Of a DNA stretch of 32,000 nt, positions 6,415 to 15,005 are shown in pieces (the stretch's first letter is position 1; the number at the start of each line of letters is the position of its first letter). The position numbers were made by a program, and so were the translations under genes. The DNA comes from Gemmata obscuriglobus. Its GTDB lineage: Bacteria > Planctomycetota > Planctomycetia > Gemmatales > Gemmataceae. The DNA lies in the NCBI RefSeq assembly GCF_008065095.1, contig NZ_CP042911.1, positions 330,001-362,000 of the forward strand, written 5' to 3'. The notes under the pieces were generated by a model. That model was not told the DNA's origin. It searched no databases and saw only the letters and a list, made by a program, of their open reading frames with translations.

Positions 6415-9400
6415 ATGACCCTGAACTTGATCCTGTCTCACATCTGCAAGCTCTCCGGCGGGAACAGCTTTTGCGGTCGGTCGGACGCGGATCTGCTGGG
6501 CGAGTACGCGCGCACTCACGACGAGAGGGTGTTCGAGGAGCTGCTCCGCCGGCACGGGCGGATGGTCTGGAACGTCTGCACCCGGCAGGCCCCGGACCCG
6601 CACGCCGCGGAGGACGTGTTTCAGGCCACGTTCCTGGCCCTGGCCCGCCACGCCGGGCGCATCCGCCGGCCGGCGGCGATCGCGGCGTGGCTGCACGGGG
6701 TCGCGGTGCGCCTCGCGGCGCGCCAAACCAACCGCGTCGCGCGCGCCCCGAGCGGGTCGTCGCCGGCCGAGGTCAGCGACTCGGCCGGCGACGACCCGGT
6801 GACCGCGCGGGAGGTGTTCTCCCTGGTCAACGTGGAGGTGAACGCCCTGGCCGAGCGCCTCCGGGGGCCGGTCGTCCTTTGCTACTTCGAGGGGAAGACC
6901 CGGGACCAGGCGGCCCGGGACCTGGGCCTTTCGGTCGCCACACTCAAGCGCCGGCTGGAGACGGCGCGGAACCTGCTCCGCGAGCGCCTGGCCCGCCGGG
7001 GCGTCGCGCTGCCGATTTTTCTGGGCATCCTTTTAGAGGCCGAGGTGCCGGCCCGGGCGGTCGCGGACACGATGCGGGCGGCCGCCGGCGGGCCGGTCGC
7101 CCCGGCGGTCGCGGCGCTCGTCGCGGCCGTGGCCCCTGGTGTCCGCCCCTTCGCGTGGGTGCTCGGGCTGGTCGCCGTCGCCGCGGGCCTGTCGGTCGCC
7201 GCGCTTCCGACCACGCCGCCGCCGCCGCCGCAACCGACTGCCGCACTACCGCCCCGGCACGACGCCTTTGGTGACCCGCTGCCGGACGGGGCCGTGTTGC
7301 GCGTGGGTACGGTGCGTTTGCGGCACGGCATCTGGGGGTGGGGCGGTGACGTGGCATTCCTGCCCGCCCGTCGCGCGGTGGCCTCCGTTCACGGCACCCG
7401 CGATATCTGCCTGTGGGACGCGACCACGGGGGCGGAACTGGAGCGCCTCGAAGGCCCGGAAGGGGCCGTCAGTTTGTCCGCCACGCCGGACGGTGCCGCG
7501 CTGGTTGTCGGGGGCACGCGCGAGGTCTGGGCGGTCGGCCTGCCCCCGGCCGCGGCCTTCCCGCTCTGGAAGCACCGGCTCCCGCCCGGCCCCGAACTGT
7601 ACCCGGCCTATTGTGTCGCCGTGTCGCCCGACGGCCGGCTCGTCGCCGTGGCGACGGGCGGTCACCCGGTGGCCGTTCTCGACGCCGGGTCCGGGCAAGT
7701 GCTCCGGAATCTCTCTGGGTGCGCCCACAAGGTCGTCTTCTCTCCGGACGGCTCCGCGCTGGCCGCCTGCGGGCGGTGGGGCGGGGTGGAACTGTGGGAC
7801 GTGGCGACCGGGGCACTGCGGGGCCGACTCGACGGTTCCGAGACGGTCGTCCGGGGCCTGGCCTTCGCGCCCGACGGGCGCTCACTGGCGGTCGCCGGCC
7901 CGGCGGGGATCGGCGTCTGGGATCGAGCGACCGGTGCGGAGGTGTGGCGCCGCGAGCCGGCCGCGCCGGACGCGTTCGTCTCTTTCTCCTCTGACGGCCG
8001 GACGCTGCTGGAGTGCGGGGGCGAGGCGGTCCGGTTCCGCGCGGCCGCGGACGGCCGCGAGTGCCGCGCCGCCGCCCGCGCCGAGGGGCTGTCGCCCGTT
8101 CAAGTGCTGCCCGCGATCGCCGGGCGGCGGGTGTCCCCGGACGGGCGGCTCGTGGCCGCCGTCGCGGACGGAGCCGTCGGGCTGTGGGAGGTGGACACGG
8201 GGCGGCCGGTCGGGCCGGCCGGCGGCCCCCGGGGGCCGGTCACGGGTGTGACCTTTTCCGGCGACGGCACGACCCTGGCGACGGTCTCGCGGCTGCGTCA
8301 ACTGCACCTCACGCCGATCGACGCGACCGCGGCCGGCCGGGAGGTCCGGGTGGACCGGCCCGGCCTGCTGGCGACCGACGTGTGGGCGAGCGACCGCGCG
8401 GCGCGGTTCGACCTGCTCCAGCGCAGCACCACGGCGGCCGGGGGCTGGGCCCTAACGCGGTACGACGCGCGGGGCGCGAGTTCCGAGGGGCTCCCGGTGG
8501 CGGTGCCCCTGCCGCCGCCGTCTGCGGCGCGTCCGTATGCCGCGTCCGCCGACGGCCGCTGGCAAGCCTGGGGGGGCGCAGACCGGGTCACGGTCGTTGA
8601 TCGCGCGACCGGTCGGGAGGTTGCCAGCATCCCGGAGTGCCCCGGCGCGTCGTATCTCGCGTTCTCGGCCGACGGGCAGTCGGTACTGGCATACAGCCCG
8701 GGGCGGCACGGGTTGGGCGTGTGGGCGAGCGAGACCGGGCAGAAGCGGTGCTGGCTGGAAACCGCGTTCACGCAGAACAACCCGGATCGGCCGCCGCTCG
8801 CCCTGTCCGCCGACGGGCGCTGGGTTGCGGCCGTCGAGCGGGCCGACGCGGGCGGGTTCCGCTTGCGCTCGTGGGAGGTGGCGTCGTGGGCGCCCGCGGT
8901 GACGTTCGACGCGGAGGCCGACGAGCGGACGGTGCTGGCGTTCGCCCCCGACGGCCGGCTCGCGGCCGCCGGCCGGGACGGGGTGGTGCGCGTGTTCGAC
9001 CCCGAGACCGGGCGGGCGGTCGCGACGTACCGCGGGCACCGCGGGCCGGCCCTGGCCCTGGCCTTCGCCCGGGACGGGCGACAACTCGCGTCCGGCAGCG
9101 CCGACGGTACGGCGCTCGTGTGGGCCGTCCCCGATCGTTCCTTGCCGCCGGGCGCGCCGGGGGCCGGCGCCCGGGCTCTGGTCGAGGTGCTGGCGACGGC
9201 CGCCCCCGCACCCGCGGCCCGCGCCGCCGGCCAGCTCTGCGCCGCCCCGGGGGCCGCGGTCCCGGCGCTGCGTGACCGCCTCATGAGCCGACCCGAAGAC
9301 GCCGAGCGGCCGGCGGGCCGGCTCGCGCCGTTCGACGGCCCGGCCCGTGGCCGGCGTCTGGAGGCGGTCCGGTGTGTCGCGGCCCTCGAACGGCTCGCCC

Positions 9401-9513
9401 CCGCCCCCGCGGCGCTGCAACTGCTACGAGACCTGGCGCGGGGGCCGGACCACGCCCCCGCTGCCGCCGAGGCCCGCGCCGCGCTCCGGCGGCTGGCACC
9501 GCCGGGCGACTGA
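6415..9513 (+). CDS. ECF sigma factor fused to a TM helix and a large WD40/beta-propeller C-terminal domain
   Basis: The sigma-70 region 2-like stretch is [20 protein letters not shown]...[16 protein letters not shown]...[10 protein letters not shown]. The region 4-like stretch is [40 protein letters not shown]. The TM helix is [19 protein letters not shown]. Repeated SPDG..LA / FSPDG / FAPDGR..A units follow, ending in [30 protein letters not shown]. Confidence 0.85.
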   Translation: MTLNLILSHICKLSGGNSFCGRSDADLLGEYARTHDERVFEELLRRHGRMVWNVCTRQAPDPHAAEDVFQATFLALARHAGRIRRPAAIAAWLHGVAVRLAARQTNRVARAPSGSSPAEVSDSAGDDPVTAREVFSLVNVEVNALAERLRGPVVLCYFEGKTRDQAARDLGLSVATLKRRLETARNLLRERLARRGVALPIFLGILLEAEVPARAVADTMRAAAGGPVAPAVAALVAAVAPGVRPFAWVLGLVAVAAGLSVAALPTTPPPPPQPTAALPPRHDAFGDPLPDGAVLRVGTVRLRHGIWGWGGDVAFLPARRAVASVHGTRDICLWDATTGAELERLEGPEGAVSLSATPDGAALVVGGTREVWAVGLPPAAAFPLWKHRLPPGPELYPAYCVAVSPDGRLVAVATGGHPVAVLDAGSGQVLRNLSGCAHKVVFSPDGSALAACGRWGGVELWDVATGALRGRLDGSETVVRGLAFAPDGRSLAVAGPAGIGVWDRATGAEVWRREPAAPDAFVSFSSDGRTLLECGGEAVRFRAAADGRECRAAARAEGLSPVQVLPAIAGRRVSPDGRLVAAVADGAVGLWEVDTGRPVGPAGGPRGPVTGVTFSGDGTTLATVSRLRQLHLTPIDATAAGREVRVDRPGLLATDVWASDRAARFDLLQRSTTAAGGWALTRYDARGASSEGLPVAVPLPPPSAARPYAASADGRWQAWGGADRVTVVDRATGREVASIPECPGASYLAFSADGQSVLAYSPGRHGLGVWASETGQKRCWLETAFTQNNPDRPPLALSADGRWVAAVERADAGGFRLRSWEVASWAPAVTFDAEADERTVLAFAPDGRLAAAGRDGVVRVFDPETGRAVATYRGHRGPALALAFARDGRQLASGSADGTALVWAVPDRSLPPGAPGAGARALVEVLATAAPAPAARAAGQLCAAPGAAVPALRDRLMSRPEDAERPAGRLAPFDGPARGRRLEAVRCVAALERLAPAPAALQLLRDLARGPDHAPAAAEARAALRRLAPPGD

Positions 9514-9605
9514 CCGCCGCGGCCCCGGCCCGGCGGACGCGAACGCACCCTCTCCCGCGGTCGCGGCGCAACATCATCCGTTTTCATTCCGAGGAGGAGA
9601 GTACC

Positions 9606-10622
9606 GTGTCGAACGCGAACGGTCGCGCCCGTGGGTTCACGCTCATTGAGCTGTTGGTGGTGATCGCCATCATCGCCGTCCTCATTGGGCTCCTGCTGCC
9701 CGCGGTCCAGAAGGTCCGCGCCGCGGCGGCCCGCATGAGCTGCCAAAACAACCTCAAACAGATCGCGCTCGCCGCGCACAACTTCCACGCGGCGGAGGAG
9801 CGGTTCCCCGTGCTGGCGGTGAGCGCGTCGACGGCCCCGGTGCGGCTCGGGTACCGCTCCCCGTTCATCCCGCTCTTGCCGTACATGGAGCAACAGCCCC
9901 TGTACGACCGGCTGCTCGCGCTGGTGGCCCCGCGGGCCGGGACGTCCTTCTACTCGCTCGGGCTGGGGACCGTGGCGGGCACCTACGATTCGCCGGACGC
10001 GCCCGGGGCCATGGTGCCGAAGGTGCTCGTGTGCCCGGCGGACGTCGGGGCCCAGAGCCCGGTCGCGTACAAGCCGATCTCCACGCTCAACTATTACGGC
10101 GTGACGAGCTACCGGCCGAGCGTCTCGACGAAGGCGACGCTCTGCTGCTCCCAGTGGAACGACGGGGTGATCGTGTCCCCGTCGAGTTCCGCGCCGGGCG
10201 CGGGGGTCCGCATCACCGACATCACCGACGGCACGTCCGGCACCGTGCTGTTCGGCGAGTTCTTCAACAGCGACCCGCAGTGGGACCCGGCGATCGTCGG
10301 CACCACGTACGCCAACAAGCCGTTCCCGTATTACGTCAACTCGCTCTGGGGGACGGCCGGACAGGGCTCGGGCGCGCTCCCCGGGAACGGCTCGTACCCG
10401 CTGAACGTCCGGCTGGCGGTCCCGACTGGTACCGCCGTTCCCGTGCCGGCCGCGCTCGTGACGCCCCGGATTTACGCGTTCGGGAGCGGGCACACGGGCG
10501 GGGCCAACTTCGCCATGAGCGACGCGTCCGTGCGTTACATATCCGACGCGATCAACAACTCGTCCGGGCTGCTGTCGGCCCTGTCCACCCGCGCCGGCGG
10601 CGAGGTCGCCACGCCGGACTGA
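9606..10622 (+). CDS. DUF1559 protein with a prepilin-type N-terminal cleavage/methylation domain and an H-X9-D(G) C-terminal motif
   Basis: [53 protein letters not shown] is the canonical planctomycete DUF1559 N-terminus. The C-terminal motif is [29 protein letters not shown] lies 5 nt upstream of the GTG at 9606. The track ORF start at 9372 was rejected. Confidence 0.9.
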   Translation: MSNANGRARGFTLIELLVVIAIIAVLIGLLLPAVQKVRAAAARMSCQNNLKQIALAAHNFHAAEERFPVLAVSASTAPVRLGYRSPFIPLLPYMEQQPLYDRLLALVAPRAGTSFYSLGLGTVAGTYDSPDAPGAMVPKVLVCPADVGAQSPVAYKPISTLNYYGVTSYRPSVSTKATLCCSQWNDGVIVSPSSSAPGAGVRITDITDGTSGTVLFGEFFNSDPQWDPAIVGTTYANKPFPYYVNSLWGTAGQGSGALPGNGSYPLNVRLAVPTGTAVPVPAALVTPRIYAFGSGHTGGANFAMSDASVRYISDAINNSSGLLSALSTRAGGEVATPD

Positions 10623-10645
10623 TACATGAACCCGCCTGCGGTGTC

Positions 10646-10724
10646 GCGTTCTTGACGAGCCGCGACCGCCAGGGAGCGGGGTACGTGGCACCGCTCCCTG
10701 GCGGTCGCGGCTCGTCAAGAACGC
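10646..10724. repeat. Perfect 34-bp-arm palindrome with an 11-nt loop
   Basis: GCGTTCTTGACGAGCCGCGACCGCCAGGGAGCGG (10646-10679) is the exact reverse complement of 10691-10724. It lies 24 nt after the DUF1559 stop codon. Confidence 0.85.
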
Positions 10725-10769
10725 GGCAATATCACCGGGTACGTGTATGAGGCCGCCCGCGTACCCGTT

Positions 10770-10794
10770 CCGCCGGCCGCACTTCGGCCGGCGG
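10770..10794 (+). terminator. Second GC hairpin (10-bp stem, 5-nt loop)
   Basis: CCGCCGGCCG (10770-10779), loop CACTT, then CGGCCGGCGG (10785-10794). There is no U-tract. Confidence 0.35.
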
Positions 10795-10867
10795 CGGAAG
10801 GCCGTTACCCCTTCCTCTGGCCGCGCGGTCCCGTGCGGCCCCACCTTACAAACATGGAGACCCGAAC

Positions 10868-11329
10868 ATGCGCTGGCGACCGGGCCGGCTTGGCGTACTG
10901 ATGGCCGCGCTTGTGGCGACCGGGTGCGGCGAGCCCAAGTTCCAGTTCGCGCCCGTCGAAGGGACCGTGACCCGAGACGGCAAGCCGTTGCCGAACGTGC
11001 TGGTCACGTTCTTCCCGGACCCCGAGGCCGGGACGCTGGGGCCGCGCTCGACCGGGCTGACCGACCGGTCCGGCCGGTACCGCCTGACGGCCGGGCCGAC
11101 CCAGGCGGGGGCCGTTGTGGGCCGGCACCGCGTCGGCTTGCTCGACGCGAACCTGCTCGGCGGCCAAGGCGGCGCTGCGGAGGGACCGCCGGAGGGGGAG
11201 GACGGGGCCAAGGGGGCACGGCCGAGTGGGCCGCGCGTCCCCGAGTCTTACAACGAGTTCCGGAACACACCGCTCCGCGCCGAAGTGGCCGACGGCGGGT
11301 CGGTTGTGGACTTCGCGGTGCCGAAATGA
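10868..11329 (+). CDS. Small putative lipoprotein with a carboxypeptidase-regulatory-like beta-sandwich
   Basis: The signal peptide plus a loose lipobox reads LGVLMAALVATGC. The stretch VEGTVTRDGKPLPNVLVTFFPD...GLTDRSGRYRL is CarboxypepD_reg-like. GGAG lies 9 nt upstream of the ATG. From memory, this kind of gene commonly follows DUF1559 genes in Planctomycetes. Confidence 0.75.
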   Translation: MRWRPGRLGVLMAALVATGCGEPKFQFAPVEGTVTRDGKPLPNVLVTFFPDPEAGTLGPRSTGLTDRSGRYRLTAGPTQAGAVVGRHRVGLLDANLLGGQGGAAEGPPEGEDGAKGARPSGPRVPESYNEFRNTPLRAEVADGGSVVDFAVPK

Positions 11330-11417
11330 TCCCCACGTCGGCGGAAGGCGGCTCCGGGGCACCGCCAGGCCGCCTCGCTCCCTCGCCGGTGTGACGATAT
11401 GATACACTACAGGGGAA

Positions 11418-12155
11418 TTGCCCTTCCTATTCTCTCGCCGCGCGAACGCACGGCCCGTGCGCAACGTACAGGGGCTGAGGGCCGTGCTGGAACCCAACCG
11501 CCACCCGCCGGAGTCCGACGAACAGTTGCTCGCCCGGCTCCGGGCCGGCGAGCGGGACTGTTTCGGGGTCCTCGTGCGCCGGTATGAGCGAGAGCTGTTC
11601 GGGTACCTGCGGCGCTACCTCGGAGACGACGACCTGGCCGACGACGTGTTCCAGAACACGTTCGTTCAGGTGTACACGAAACTCGGGCAGTACGAGCCCG
11701 ACCGGCCGGTGCGGCCGTGGCTGTACGCGATTGCGACGAACCAGGCCATCGACGCGCTGCGGCGCCGCAACCGCCGCGCCGACCAGCGCGCCGACGTGGT
11801 CACCACGGCCGACGAGGACGGACAGCCCCGACCGCTGTTCGAACTGCTGCCCGCGGCGGGTGACGAGCCGCCCGCCGCCGCCGACCGCGCCGAGCAGCGC
11901 GAGCTCGTCCGCGCCGCGGTCGACCGCCTGCCGGAGTTGCTCCGCCAGGTGGTGCTCCTGGCGTACTTCCAGGGGCTCAAGTACCGCGATGTGGCCGACG
12001 CGCTCGGCATCCCGGTCGGCACCGTGAAGTCGCGGCTGCACGCGGCACTCGCCAAGCTCACCGAGGGGTGGGGGGCCGCACACGACGGGCCCGGAGAACC
12101 GGGCGTCGAGAAGAATGATGAAGAGACGGGCGTCCACGCCCCCTCTTCCGCGTAG
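11418..12155 (+). CDS. ECF-family RNA polymerase sigma factor
   Basis: The region 2-like stretch is DEQLLARLRAGERDCFGVLVRRYERELFGYLRRYLGDDDLADDVFQNTFVQVY...RPWLYAIATNQAIDALRRR. The region 4-like stretch is VVLLAYFQGLKYRDVADALGIPVGTVKSRLHAALAKL. The start (TTG 11418) is uncertain, and a later GTG near 11484 is possible. Confidence 0.85.
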   Translation: MPFLFSRRANARPVRNVQGLRAVLEPNRHPPESDEQLLARLRAGERDCFGVLVRRYERELFGYLRRYLGDDDLADDVFQNTFVQVYTKLGQYEPDRPVRPWLYAIATNQAIDALRRRNRRADQRADVVTTADEDGQPRPLFELLPAAGDEPPAAADRAEQRELVRAAVDRLPELLRQVVLLAYFQGLKYRDVADALGIPVGTVKSRLHAALAKLTEGWGAAHDGPGEPGVEKNDEETGVHAPSSA

Positions 12156-12184
12156 TTCGCTCCGGACCGCAGGGCGCCACAACC

Positions 12185-13213
12185 ATGTCGGACGAAGACC
12201 TGCTCGGATACGTGCTCGACCTGCTGACGCCCGAGGAGCGGGCCGCGGTCGAGACGCGCCTGTCGCTCGCGCCCGAACTGGCGGCGCGCCTGGACCGCAT
12301 GCGCCGGTCGCTGAGCCCGCTGCTCGCCGGCACCACGGCCGAGCGCGACAACCCGCCCGAACCGCCGCCGGGGCTCGCCGTCCGTGCCATCGCGCGGGTC
12401 GCACAGCACGTTGTCGCGCACGAGCCGCGCCCGGCCCGGCCGGCGCCGCGCGAGCCGGCCGTTATGGCACTCTTGCGCGGGTTCGCCGACGCGCCGGGCG
12501 AGCTGGAGTTCGGATCGGGTACGCGGGCCAAGGTTCCAGGGGCGGCCCGCCCCGCGCCGCCGGTGAGCGACGGGCCGGAGCCGGCGCCCGGGCGCCGGCT
12601 CCGGGCCGAAATCGTTGTGGCCGCCGGGATCGCGTTCCTGGCGTTCGGGCTGGTCACCTCGGGGATCGCCAAGGCCCGGCAGCAGCAGCGCGTGTACGCC
12701 TGCCAGAACAGCCTGCGCGGGCTCCACACCGGGCTGTCCGGGTACGCGGACTCGGACCCGCAGGGCCGGTACCCGCAAATCGACCCGGCTGCGACCGCCG
12801 ACACGTTCGCCGCGTCGCTCGGCGAGCAAGGCCACCTGCCCGCCGGCTACCGGCCCGGGTGCCCGGGCGCGGACGCGTTCGTCGCGTACACGTACACGCT
12901 CGGGTTCCGCGAGCCGGACGGCCGGCTGCTCGGCCTGCGCCGCCCGGACCCGGCCGGCCCGGAAGGCACCGAGCACGACACGATGCCGATCTCGGCCGAC
13001 TTCCCGACCGCACGCGCGGCGCCGGGGGACGGGCCGGTGTCGCCGCACTCGGGCTGCATGAACGTTCTGTTCGTCGGCGGGAACGTTCGCGCGACCACGT
13101 CCCCGTTCGTCGGGCCGAACGGGGACGACATTTACCGCAACGCGTTCGGACACGTGGGCGCCGGCATGAACCGCTCGGACGCCGTCCTCGGCCGCCCCGG
13201 CGACCGCCCGTGA
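12185..13213 (+). CDS. Putative anti-sigma factor with a single TM helix and a leaderless DUF1559/pseudopilin-like ectodomain
   Basis: It starts 29 nt after the ECF sigma stop codon. The N-terminus is MSDEDLLGYVLDLLTPEERAAVETRLSLAPELAARLDRMRRSL. The TM helix is IVVAAGIAFLAFGLVTSGIA (about nt 12608-12670). It is followed by KARQQQRVYACQNSLRGLHTGLSGYA, which parallels DUF1559 [28 protein letters not shown] degenerate H-X9 motif, HSGCMNVLFVGGNVR, starts near nt 13046. Confidence 0.75.
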   Translation: MSDEDLLGYVLDLLTPEERAAVETRLSLAPELAARLDRMRRSLSPLLAGTTAERDNPPEPPPGLAVRAIARVAQHVVAHEPRPARPAPREPAVMALLRGFADAPGELEFGSGTRAKVPGAARPAPPVSDGPEPAPGRRLRAEIVVAAGIAFLAFGLVTSGIAKARQQQRVYACQNSLRGLHTGLSGYADSDPQGRYPQIDPAATADTFAASLGEQGHLPAGYRPGCPGADAFVAYTYTLGFREPDGRLLGLRRPDPAGPEGTEHDTMPISADFPTARAAPGDGPVSPHSGCMNVLFVGGNVRATTSPFVGPNGDDIYRNAFGHVGAGMNRSDAVLGRPGDRP

Positions 13214-13439
13214 CGCCCGGCGCGGTCAACACCTTCGCCCGTTGAATCGCCCGCCGTGGCCCCCGGCCGGGTGCTTTTCTGTGGCGGGAGGACAATTCAC
13301 CTCCCGAGGGAACTGCCAGGTAAAGAACGCGACGTTTCGGCATTTCGCCTCCCCCGTTTCGTCGATCCGCGTGGTACACTCGGTTTAATCACGTCGGAAA
13401 ATAGAACCGGTCCCGGTGGTCCGGTGAAGGAGCAGGGCC

Positions 13440-15005
13440 GTGAAACGTCCCCTTCGGTTGCGAGGCCTGAGCGGCGAAATCAAGGGGCAGGTGTGGGAGT
13501 CGGACACCCAGCTCCGGGCCGGCCGCATCGGGACCCTCGAGATCGTCCTGGACGACAGCTCCGTCAGCCGCCGCCACGCCGAGGTGCTGCACGGGGACGA
13601 CGGCTGGTACGTCCGCGACGTGGGCAGCACCAACGGCACGTATGTCAACGGCGTCCGCATCGGGCCGGGCGAGCAGCCGCTCAAATCGCGCGACATCGTC
13701 CAGTTCGGTAAGGTGGCGGTGATCGTCGAGCTGACCGACGGGGTTGAGGGGCCGCCCTCGAACCAGCACGTCGTCGCGGCGGCGGTGTCGAGCTTCGACG
13801 AGGGCATCCGGCGGCTCGCCTACGACCGCAACCACATGCCGCGGGCCGGCGAGCAGATGCTCGCGCTGCTCCGCGCCGGGCACCACTTCGTCAACACCCA
13901 GAGCGAGGACCAACTGCTCGACGCGGTGCTCAACGACGCGGTCAGCGTGCTCGAGGCCCAGCGCGGGGCGATCGTGCTGGCCGAGAGCGACGGCCCGGAG
14001 CCGAAGATGCGGCTCCGGGCGCTGGCGGTCGGCCAGGGCGAGCCCCCGGGGCGGTTCCACTACTCGAAGAAGCTGACCCAGCGGTGCTTCGCCAGCGGCG
14101 TGTCGCTGCTCTACAGCACGCTCACCGGCGACGAGGAGTCGAAGGTGACGCAGAGCATCGCCGACGGGGCGATGGCGAGCGTGCTGTGCGTGCTGCTGCG
14201 CACCCCGCGCAAGCGGCTGGGCGTGCTGCACCTGGACCGCAGCTTCTGGCAGAACCCGTTCACCGAGGACGATCTGCACCTGGCCGACGCCCTGGCCGCG
14301 CACGTGTCCGCGGCGATCGAGAGCGCCCAACTGCTGCGGCGCCAGAAGGAGCAGTTCCAGAAGACGGTCACGGTGCTGGCGCAGGCGGTCGAGCTGCGCG
14401 ACGACTACACCGGCAACCACACGCAGCGGGTCACCCGGTACGCGACGATGCTGGGCGAGAAGCTGGGCCTGCCCGAGGACCAGATCGAACTGATCCGGAT
14501 CGGCGGGCCGCTCCACGACATCGGCAAGATCGGCATCGACGACGCCATCCTGCGCAAGCCGGGGCGGCTCACCGGCGACGAGTACGAGCTGATGAAGAAG
14601 CACACGACCAAGGGCGCGGAGATCCTCTCCTCCATTCCCGAAATGGGGCCGATCATTCCCATCGTGCGGAGCCACCACGAGCGGTGGGACGGGGGCGGCT
14701 ACCCGGACGGCTTGGCGGGCGAGGGGATTCCGCTCCTGGCGCGGGTGGTGGCGGTGGCGGACGCGTTCGACGCGATGACCTCGAACCGCCCGTACCACGA
14801 GAACAAGAAGGGGAAGCCCCCGTCGTGGGCGTTCGGGGAGGTCGAGCGCCAGGCCGGCAAGCAGTTCGACCCGACGGCCGCGGCGGCGTTCGTGAGCATC
14901 CGCGACGACATCGTCCGCGCGATGGGCGAGTTGATCCCGGGCAGCGAGGTCGAGACCCCGGAGCCGGTCACCGTCACCGGGTTCATTCACGACCCGCGGG
15001 GGTGA
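13440..15005 (+). CDS. FHA - GAF - HD-GYP domain protein (probable c-di-GMP phosphodiesterase)
   Basis: The FHA stretch is IVLDDSSVSRRHAEVLHGDDGWYVRDVGSTNGTYVNGVRI. The GAF-like stretch is LLDAVLNDAVSVLEAQRGAIVL...GVLHLDR. The HD-GYP stretches are HTQRVTRYA, LHDIGKIGI and HHERWDGGGYPDGL. GAAGGAG lies 7 nt before the GTG at 13440. Confidence 0.9.
   Translation: MKRPLRLRGLSGEIKGQVWESDTQLRAGRIGTLEIVLDDSSVSRRHAEVLHGDDGWYVRDVGSTNGTYVNGVRIGPGEQPLKSRDIVQFGKVAVIVELTDGVEGPPSNQHVVAAAVSSFDEGIRRLAYDRNHMPRAGEQMLALLRAGHHFVNTQSEDQLLDAVLNDAVSVLEAQRGAIVLAESDGPEPKMRLRALAVGQGEPPGRFHYSKKLTQRCFASGVSLLYSTLTGDEESKVTQSIADGAMASVLCVLLRTPRKRLGVLHLDRSFWQNPFTEDDLHLADALAAHVSAAIESAQLLRRQKEQFQKTVTVLAQAVELRDDYTGNHTQRVTRYATMLGEKLGLPEDQIELIRIGGPLHDIGKIGIDDAILRKPGRLTGDEYELMKKHTTKGAEILSSIPEMGPIIPIVRSHHERWDGGGYPDGLAGEGIPLLARVVAVADAFDAMTSNRPYHENKKGKPPSWAFGEVERQAGKQFDPTAAAAFVSIRDDIVRAMGELIPGSEVETPEPVTVTGFIHDPRG

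Noticed and set aside
7300-9200. Apparent repetitiveness of the WD40 region as a DNA tandem repeat
   Set aside because: The repetition is at the protein-motif level (SPDG / DGR..A / W.V) with divergent nucleotide sequence and variable spacing. It is not a DNA-level tandem repeat.
8298-10844. 848-aa minus-strand ORF, the longest unexplained ORF in the track
   Set aside because: It is antisense to the ECF-WD40 and DUF1559 genes, which have clear domain signatures. Its translation is Arg/Pro/Gly/Ala-rich low complexity, typical of the non-coding frames of 70% GC DNA.
11666-13153. 495-aa minus-strand ORF and other ORFs overlapping the ECF / anti-sigma pair
   Set aside because: They are antisense to two genes with clear sigma-70 r2/r4 and pilin-like signatures, and their composition is a high-GC artefact.
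13309-13336. GGAAC ... CGTT as an ECF-type promoter in front of the FHA-GAF-HD-GYP gene
   Set aside because: The spacer between GGAAC (13309-13313) and CGTT (13333-13336) is 19 nt, longer than the usual 16-17. The alternative GGAAC-N16-CGAC is non-canonical, so the evidence is too weak to call.
13389-14990. 533-aa minus-strand ORF
   Set aside because: It is antisense to the FHA-GAF-HD-GYP gene. Its composition is Arg/Leu/Val/Asp/His-biased with no recognisable motifs, so I treat it as a high-GC artefact.
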